In this document: in pieces, positions 58,019 to 64,000 of the stretch | Position numbering within the stretch: the first letter of the stretch is position 1 | How the letters are laid out: each line of letters opens with the position of its first letter | Origin: Candidatus Poribacteria bacterium | GTDB lineage: Bacteria > Poribacteria > WGA-4E > WGA-3G | Reading direction: 5' to 3' | Length of the DNA: 64,000 nt | Assembly (NCBI GenBank): GCA_965215265.1 | Contig: OZ244048.1 | Span: forward strand, 3,776,001-3,840,000 | Translations under genes and position numbers: made by a program | Notes under the pieces: model-generated | The model's database searches: none | Seen by the model: the letters and a program-made list of their open reading frames with translations, nothing else | What the model was told of the DNA's origin: nothing

Positions 58019-58909
58019 CTACTCTCTGTGATATGGCCGGAAGCCGCGCAGCATCAGACCTCTGTCATTAGAGGCCTTTTTTGCGGGTGCGGTACGTTTT
58101 TCCGCTGCAGCACGATTTTCTGTGGTGGTGCCACCCACGACCACGTAGTCATCCGTGCGGCGATAACGGTTGATAAAGACCGGGCGCGGTTTGTCTGACA
58201 TATTCTGTTTAGACCCGTGAACCGTCTTAACGTTAAAGAAGATAGAATCTCCTCCTTTGCCGGTGACAGGGAGTGCGCTCTCCCAGGGCCATTCATTCTC
58301 CTCTAATCCGAGGTGCGAAAAGGTATCAATATGCTTGAGTTGTCCTAGTCGATGCGAACCGGGTACGACGTGCAGCGCGCCGTTCACCAGATTTGTGTCT
58401 ACAACGTAGTTTAGGATACCGACGGGACCCTCATAGCGGTGCTCAAAATACGCAGAGTCTTGGTGCAAATGTTTCGGATGCCCCCCGACAGGCTCTTTAT
58501 AAAGACACTGGCCGCTGCCGAACAATTCAACGTTCGGTCCTAAGATTGCCTCAACGATGTTGACGGTGTGTTTATCAAAAGCGGATCGGAAGAAGGCTGC
58601 ACTTGTCTGATAATTGATGGCAAGTACCATAATCTGTTTATCGCGTTCGTAGCCGGATGGGGCTGGAATGAAAAGCGTGCCGTTGGGTGTTCGCCACCCT
58701 TCAACGATTTGTTCAGCCTGATCAAGTAGCACGAGTGACTCTGCCGCGGCGGCTTCAATGTCTTGATGAATCGCCTCAATGTATGGTGCCATCAAGCCTC
58801 GAACAACCAGGCAGCCGTGTTCTTTAAAGATGCTCGCTGCCTTTTGAACATCTAAATCGTCTAGGGACATCTCGAGTTGTTCAACGGTTATCTTATTTTT
58901 TTGACTCAC
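58019..58909 (-). CDS. PhyH family dioxygenase
   Basis: EHGCLVV, LHQD, NGALHVVPGSH, TVHGS; GTG start with GAGGAG. Confidence 0.87.
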   Translation of the reverse strand: MSQKNKITVEQLEMSLDDLDVQKAASIFKEHGCLVVRGLMAPYIEAIHQDIEAAAAESLVLLDQAEQIVEGWRTPNGTLFIPAPSGYERDKQIMVLAINYQTSAAFFRSAFDKHTVNIVEAILGPNVELFGSGQCLYKEPVGGHPKHLHQDSAYFEHRYEGPVGILNYVVDTNLVNGALHVVPGSHRLGQLKHIDTFSHLGLEENEWPWESALPVTGKGGDSIFFNVKTVHGSKQNMSDKPRPVFINRYRRTDDYVVVGGTTTENRAAAEKRTAPAKKASNDRGLMLRGFRPYHRE

Positions 58910-58940
58910 GAAATCTCCTCCTTATTGTAATGAATCATAG

Positions 58941-59027
58941 CATAGAAGGATTTGGGTGGGCGGGCGACGATCTATAGATGCCACCCACTGGGCGTTGATA
59001 GTACGGAGATATACGAAAATACGAAAT
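58941..59027. repeat. Modular repeat locus 4
   Basis: GGATTTGGGTGGGCGGGCGACGA (inverse of 56700-56722, one mismatch), ATCTATAGAT, GCGTTGATAGTACGGAGATATAC (inverse of 61782-61804). Confidence 0.8.
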
Positions 59028-59028
59028 T

Positions 59029-59370
59029 TTAGCCCCAAGGTGGCCTCCTACCAGTCAATTCAGCCAAATAGTCAGCTGTTTTGCGGACATCTGCATTGAG
59101 TTTCTTTTTCGCTTTCTTTGTGCCTGCATTTTCAGTGGTATAGGTTACACGGTAGTTTCCGTTTTTCATGCGCTGCAGTGCGTATTCGCCGGGGACATTC
59201 CGATTGACGTACCGGAGCATATCGTGCAGCAGCCAATAGAGGTCTTCTGCAGAGTACCGGAGTTCATTATGCGCAGATTCTTTTTGTACTGCGTCGAGTG
59301 TCAGTTGAACAGCGTCAATAACTTCGGCGAGTGTATAGGATTTGTTTTCGGGTAAATGAATCGTGTTCAT
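59029..59370 (-). CDS. Hypothetical protein (113 aa)
   Basis: Open frame between repeat loci; no family recognised. Confidence 0.65.
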   Translation of the reverse strand: MNTIHLPENKSYTLAEVIDAVQLTLDAVQKESAHNELRYSAEDLYWLLHDMLRYVNRNVPGEYALQRMKNGNYRVTYTTENAGTKKAKKKLNADVRKTADYLAELTGRRPPWG

Positions 59371-59376
59371 GTTTTC

Positions 59377-59706
59377 GTATATCTCGGCACCATCATTGCG
59401 TTTGTTTTGCTAGCTCGTGTGTTGGCAGGATAGGTGTTCTTTGTCTCTCCTTTCAGGAGAGACAAGTGGCGAGATAGGTAATCTTTCTCTGTCCATGAGA
59501 AAAGATTATCTTTTACCTGCCATCTATAGATCGGAGATGACTTAGGTAATGTCTTTAAAAATCAAAACATCAAAAGGCTCCGACGAGATTTGTAAAGGGT
59601 TTAACATAGCAGCAACCTTGTATTGGGCTCCTGTAGACGAAAAAACTAGATTTGTAAAGGTTTTAAGATTGCAGCAGCCTTTATTGGGCTCCTGTAGACG
59701 AAAAAA
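59377..59706. repeat. Modular repeat locus 5 with a ~61-bp tandem unit
   Basis: TATTGGGCTCCTGTAGACGAAAAAA at 59621 and 59682; AGATTTGTAAAGG at 59586 and 59648. Confidence 0.85.
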
Positions 59707-60796
59707 GGGTTGGCATGCGGTTCGGAGTTCTATCAAAAGTTTGCAAGTTGTCAGATGCGTTGCGTATCTGAATTAATTGCGCTGCGATGCTGACAGCGAT
59801 TTCCGGGACGGTTTTTGAGTTAATATCCAACCCGATAGGGGCGTAAACGCGTTGTAGATTTTCGGTGGAGATGCCCATTTCGGCTAAGTCGTCAAAGATG
59901 AGTTTTATCTTCCGGCGGCTGCCAATGAGCCCGATGTATCGTGCATCGGATTCAACGACGCTGTGAAGTGCGGACTCGTCGTGCTGATGTCCGCGCGTCA
60001 CAATGACGACGTAGGTAAGATAATTAATGGGGTATTTGCGTAGTTCTTCAGCGATGTCGCCGATGATAATTTCGTCTGCTTCGGGGAGCCGTTCAGACGA
60101 TGCGAAGTCGACTCTATCGTCAACGATAGTAATGTCAAAATCCAACCAGTTACCGAGGTGACAGAGTGCCTGTCCGACGTGCCCAGCGCCTGCGATGAGC
60201 AAGGTGGGGCGCGGCTGCAGCGGTTCAAGAAAAACCGAGTGTGTTTGGTTAAGTTGGAAGAGTACTGGGCGGTTTTTTTCAAGAATGGAGTCTATTTTGC
60301 TATGTACGGTGGTTTCCAAGGCTGCATCACCGAGAGTGCCGATGCGCTCGCCGTTCGTTGCGAAGACCATCTTCATGCCGACATCCACACGGCCCTCTTC
60401 GCTTTTCACAACTGTTGCACAAACGAGAGGTATCTTTCGGGCATTGAGTTGTTGTATACGCGTGAACATCTCTGCTTCATCGGTGGTCTTGGGCAAATCG
60501 ATGAAGATTTTCATATTCCCCCCACAGATGAGGCCGTCGTCCCAACCATAGTCGCTATCCAATTGAAACTCAAGCAGTCGTGGTACCCCGCCCTGCATCA
60601 AGCCGATAGCTTGTCGGCGTGCTTCAGCTTCGACACAGCCTCCGCCGAGGGTGCCGATATTGCGAAGATCCGGAAGGATTAACAACTTCGAGCCGGGCTT
60701 TTGGGGTGTTGAGCCTTTCGTTTCGACAACGGTGCAGTAGGCACCGACTTGTGAAGTTTCAATAAGTTCTGGGATTTTTTTGTATATTTTTTTCAT
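59681..60796 (-). CDS. xdhC: XdhC/CoxI molybdoenzyme maturation chaperone
   Basis: GSTPQKPG, GTLGGGCVE, GLICGG, GAGHVG, VTRGHQHD, YIGLIGSRRK, APIGLDI. Confidence 0.93.
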   Translation of the reverse strand: MKKIYKKIPELIETSQVGAYCTVVETKGSTPQKPGSKLLILPDLRNIGTLGGGCVEAEARRQAIGLMQGGVPRLLEFQLDSDYGWDDGLICGGNMKIFIDLPKTTDEAEMFTRIQQLNARKIPLVCATVVKSEEGRVDVGMKMVFATNGERIGTLGDAALETTVHSKIDSILEKNRPVLFQLNQTHSVFLEPLQPRPTLLIAGAGHVGQALCHLGNWLDFDITIVDDRVDFASSERLPEADEIIIGDIAEELRKYPINYLTYVVIVTRGHQHDESALHSVVESDARYIGLIGSRRKIKLIFDDLAEMGISTENLQRVYAPIGLDINSKTVPEIAVSIAAQLIQIRNASDNLQTFDRTPNRMPTLFSSTGAQ

Positions 60797-60802
60797 TTTC
60801 TT

Positions 60803-60897
60803 GTATATCTCCGTACCATCAACGTCTGTGTTTTGATGAGTCGTGTTATAAAGATTTTTACATTGCAGCAGCCTTTATGGGGCTGAAATATACTAAA
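60803..60897. repeat. Modular repeat locus 6
   Basis: GTATATCTCCGTACCATCAACG plus ATTGCAGCAGCCTTTATGGGGCTGAAATATACTAAA. Confidence 0.75.
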
Positions 60898-61775
60898 GAC
60901 TGTTCTTCCGCGCTATGTGCGACCAATTGTTTAAACACGTCGCGTTGTTCTTTAGTGAGTGAGAGTGGGACGATACCTTCCACACCGTCGGTTCCAATTT
61001 TTGCGGGGACGTTCAGGTAAACCGCCGTTTCATCCGTAGCGAGGTAAGTTCCAACACTCATCACCCGTTTTTTATCGTGGGCGATGGCTGAGATCACTTG
61101 CAATAGATAACTAATCCATGTATATTCGCCGGTTGTTGGGGGAGTACTGGTCTCATTAAGGGTTTGCACCTCAATTTCGGGCATGATTTGTGATAAGGGT
61201 ATACCGTTGATGCGGCAGTATTGAGGGAGGGGGTGCGTCTCCTGGTCGTTTCCGATGGCGAGCACTGTCACATCCTTGACAGACATGTTTAGTTTTTTTG
61301 TAATTTGAGAGATTAAATGTGCGGTTGCAGTGGGGTTCGCCAGTCCGATGACTCTATGTTGCGCTGCGGCAGTTGCCTGCTGTATCCATGCTGCCATGTA
61401 ATTCGCTGGTGATAGGGCAACTAATATCTTCGCATCGGGTGTGTGCTGCTGGATGGCAGGCACAAACTGCCGTGCCAAGGCGATGCTCGTTGTTTTAGAT
61501 GCTTGTGGAGAGCGGAAGTGGTTTTGCCCTACCTGCGGCATCAGTACTACGATGTCCGCACCGTTGCATCCATCTAGTGTGGATACGAAAGAGAGTTGTG
61601 TATCACTGCGACTCATCGCATTCGCCGCAACGAGTTCTTGTAGACTTTTCGGATTTATCCGCTTGGCAAACGTGCTTCCTGAGATGAAAGTGATTTGAGT
61701 CGCTAATTCTGCATGCCCTAAGCCCCATGCAAGCGGCAGTGCCAACTGACTTTCCCCTAATAAAACTATTTTCAT
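60858..61775 (-). CDS. Malate/lactate dehydrogenase-fold protein, catalytically degenerate
   Basis: GADIVV, PDAKILV, RVIG, NGIPLSQ, VPAKIGTDGVEGIV.LSL; GGAG RBS before ATG 61775. Confidence 0.75.
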   Translation of the reverse strand: MKIVLLGESQLALPLAWGLGHAELATQITFISGSTFAKRINPKSLQELVAANAMSRSDTQLSFVSTLDGCNGADIVVLMPQVGQNHFRSPQASKTTSIALARQFVPAIQQHTPDAKILVALSPANYMAAWIQQATAAAQHRVIGLANPTATAHLISQITKKLNMSVKDVTVLAIGNDQETHPLPQYCRINGIPLSQIMPEIEVQTLNETSTPPTTGEYTWISYLLQVISAIAHDKKRVMSVGTYLATDETAVYLNVPAKIGTDGVEGIVPLSLTKEQRDVFKQLVAHSAEEQSLVYFSPIKAAAM

Positions 61776-61781
61776 TCTTTT

Positions 61782-61950
61782 GTATATCTCCGTACTATCA
61801 ACGCTTATGTCATGATAACTCGTGTGTTGGCAGGTTCGGTTTTTTTGTCTGTCCTTCAGGAGAGACAAAAAAACCTTATCCGGCCACATCAATCCGTATT
61901 GGGCTCCTATATACAAAAAACCGAGTCTCCTATAAAAGGGTTTCAAGGAT
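61782..61950. repeat. Modular repeat locus 7
   Basis: GTATATCTCCGTACTATCAACG, CTCGTGTGTTGGCAGG, TTTGTCTGTCCTTCAGGAGAGACAAA, GTATTGGGCTCCTATATACAAAAAA. Confidence 0.8.
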
Positions 61951-64000
61951 TGCCTGAAATTGTTCTTCAAGATGTTTCCGTTGTTTATCGATATCTGCAT
62001 CGGCAGCGAGTTTTGTGGTGACGAGTTCGTCGTAACGTTCGACGTACTCCATCAAGGTTTCGACTTCTTTCTCGTAGCAAACGGCGGAGGCGAGGACCTT
62101 TTCTTTGAGGAATAAAGGGAGTTCGGCGGTAGTAATCTGTGTGAGTTCCCAGCGCCACACCTTTTCGGAGATATAAGTCACAAACTGATTGAGAGGTTCA
62201 CCCTTATAATCGGTTTCTTGGAGGACTTTAACCTCTTGTATTAACCCGAGTACGTGGTTAAAGAGTTCGTCAGGGAAGTTGTTTCTCAATTCCATGAGAA
62301 TTCTACCGGTTGTAGATATCGGGATATGATTTTGCAGGAGGAACATCCGTAGGTTTGGATAATCGTCAACGCCTTTGCTATGTGCAAGCCATGTGTCGCC
62401 TATTTCTGGAAGTTCACTCAGATCGAAGCTAAGTACCTGTTTCTTCCGAATTTCCTCGAGTTTTCCGTCTCTAGGGTTGAGAGCTGCGGTGGCGAGGGTT
62501 GCTATAGCCGTTTGATGTCGATATGGCTCAAGAAACGCGATGAGATCCATGACTTTTTCTTGTTCGGCTTCGAGCGTCTGTAGGTGTTTAGGGTGGGCGG
62601 TTTTTGCCCGCCCACGTTTCTGTTTTTTACGAGTTTTGGGTGCATTCGTCAAGCGTGAAGCGCGTTTTTCAAGGATTTGGTGGTAATTGTGGAATTCTTC
62701 GCCGAGTGAGGCGAGTAGTGCATCGCCATGTATTGCCAGCATCCCCTCGGTGGTGATATCCGCCAATTGGTATCCGGTTTTTACGCTGAGTGCACGATTC
62801 AAATTTCGTTCAAGCACTTTCCGGTCTTTCTCATTTTGTATGATGAGTGTGCTGCCAAGGGTAAGGTTGATTAGCCTTTTCGTCTGTTCCGGTACACTGA
62901 TGTTGATATCGCATGTCGGCTGGAACTTGTCGAGCAGCAGCTGCCGCAGTTTTCCATCAAGGAGTAGCGTCCACAAGTTTGCATAATGCTGTTGCAGGTT
63001 ATCTGTGGTTGGTGCATTTTTGACCCACTGCTTTATGATGTTGAAATTAGCCTTGACATGGTTGAGAAGTGCCTCGCAATCGTCTTCGTTGATTTCAAAG
63101 CCGGCAAAGTCAGGCTGGTTTCGTTGTTGGACGGGTTGCTTTCGGCGGCGCGTTGGTGCCGTTTTAGGGCTTAACAAAATATCAACTAACGGTTGCGTAA
63201 CGGTTTCAAAATCTTGTCTATTTTCGCTTGTGTAGTTAGCGAGTGCGAGCAATTCTAACCAGACTGTTCTGAGCCGTTCCAGCTGCGTTGCATGTAAGGT
63301 AGAACGTAGGGCGATGCCGGAGATTTTTTGGCGCACCGATGCTCGCGTCCAGTTCGGCAGATAAATCTTATCCAGCGGTTCCCCATTCTCAAAAGTTAAG
63401 AGGTCAAGAGACTTCGCGAGTCCGGGCTGTATGAAGTCGGTCTCAAAAATCAGGTCATGAAAAAGCCCGGCGGCCCTATCTAACACGTGATTGGTGAGTT
63501 TATAGCAGGATTGGATGAGGAGGTTCAAGGTGAGTTGTTGATTATCTTCCAGCTGCCAAAACTCTATCATGGGGTCGATGTTGTGTATGAGAGTCTCAGT
63601 TTTCGCCTTTGCGGCATGCTCTTCAAACTCTTCGGTAAGATATTCTGTATAGAATTCGATAAACGTCATGATGGTATTGCGTAATTCTGCAATGACGAGT
63701 TCATCCCATACCTTATTGTGAACACGTTGCCCGGGGGTGAGTACAAGTGCGCGCAAGCGGGTTTCAACGCCTTGTTGGAATTGGGTCATGAGTTGATATG
63801 CGTGCCGGTTTGCCTTGCGCATATAGGTTTCAATTTTCTCCGAGCTTTGGACAATTACCTCATGAATCTGTTGAGTAGGTGCAGTGAATTCGATCGGCAG
63901 TAACTGAAGTGTCTCCGGTTGAAGCGGATCGTAAACCGCGGCTGTTGGGAAGACCTTTAAGGAATCGGCATTAGTTGTTTCTGCTAAGGTGGTTTGAAGT
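61930..64000 (-). CDS. Large alpha-helical hypothetical protein, start lies beyond the window end
   Basis: Frame stays open from 63822 to 63999 (LQTTLAETTNADSLKVFP...), so the protein is at least 689 aa. Confidence 0.75.
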   Translation of the reverse strand, partial: LQTTLAETTNADSLKVFPTAAVYDPLQPETLQLLPIEFTAPTQQIHEVIVQSSEKIETYMRKANRHAYQLMTQFQQGVETRLRALVLTPGQRVHNKVWDELVIAELRNTIMTFIEFYTEYLTEEFEEHAAKAKTETLIHNIDPMIEFWQLEDNQQLTLNLLIQSCYKLTNHVLDRAAGLFHDLIFETDFIQPGLAKSLDLLTFENGEPLDKIYLPNWTRASVRQKISGIALRSTLHATQLERLRTVWLELLALANYTSENRQDFETVTQPLVDILLSPKTAPTRRRKQPVQQRNQPDFAGFEINEDDCEALLNHVKANFNIIKQWVKNAPTTDNLQQHYANLWTLLLDGKLRQLLLDKFQPTCDINISVPEQTKRLINLTLGSTLIIQNEKDRKVLERNLNRALSVKTGYQLADITTEGMLAIHGDALLASLGEEFHNYHQILEKRASRLTNAPKTRKKQKRGRAKTAHPKHLQTLEAEQEKVMDLIAFLEPYRHQTAIATLATAALNPRDGKLEEIRKKQVLSFDLSELPEIGDTWLAHSKGVDDYPNLRMFLLQNHIPISTTGRILMELRNNFPDELFNHVLGLIQEVKVLQETDYKGEPLNQFVTYISEKVWRWELTQITTAELPLFLKEKVLASAVCYEKEVETLMEYVERYDELVTTKLAADADIDKQRKHLEEQFQAILETLL

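Noticed and set aside
59586-59706. CRISPR-like 25-bp repeats with a 36-bp gap
   Set aside because: Only two copies, the intervening sequence resembles the preceding unit (a tandem repeat), and no cas genes are present
59542-59776. Small ORFs on both strands in repeat locus 5 (also 57422..57796)
   Set aside because: Chance frames in repeat DNA or antisense to coxG
56640-62000. Integron cassette array
   Set aside because: No intI, no clear RYYYAAC/GTTRRRY boxes, and several genes are housekeeping-type
61776-62000. N-terminal extension of the MDH-like ORF
   Set aside because: Reads through repeat DNA; the RBS supports a start at 61775

Overview
Bacterial chromosomal DNA. It most resembles Candidatus Poribacteria (inferred from C-terminal NFPNPFNPETWIPYQL and KLxTTWGxxK tails, four PhyH dioxygenases, a DUF6785/6784 membrane protein and an Rpn nuclease). 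About 57 CDS: three paralogous secreted proteins, a Tat-exported PaoABC-like molybdoenzyme operon, trxA, waaA, folB, moaD-moaE, a TonB receptor followed by two Cys-rich secreted paralogs, sugar and redox enzymes, a LolA-like/ABC/outer-membrane-barrel operon, and a small defence locus (hsdM-hsdS with no hsdR in the window, plus rpn). I recognised no rRNA, tRNA, CRISPR array or intact IS. Most notable: (1) a modular repeat family fills most intergenic gaps from 48.5 to 62 kb, supplies ribosome-binding sites and forms gene 3' ends; (2) hsdM and hsdS are in one frame separated by a single TGA, next to an Rpn with an internal SD-ATG; (3) several 200-290 nt intergenic segments show nested long-range base pairing; (4) an MDH/LDH-like protein lacks its catalytic residues; (5) GC skew appears to flip across the window. 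All calls come from reading the sequence by eye; no searches or folding programs were run.
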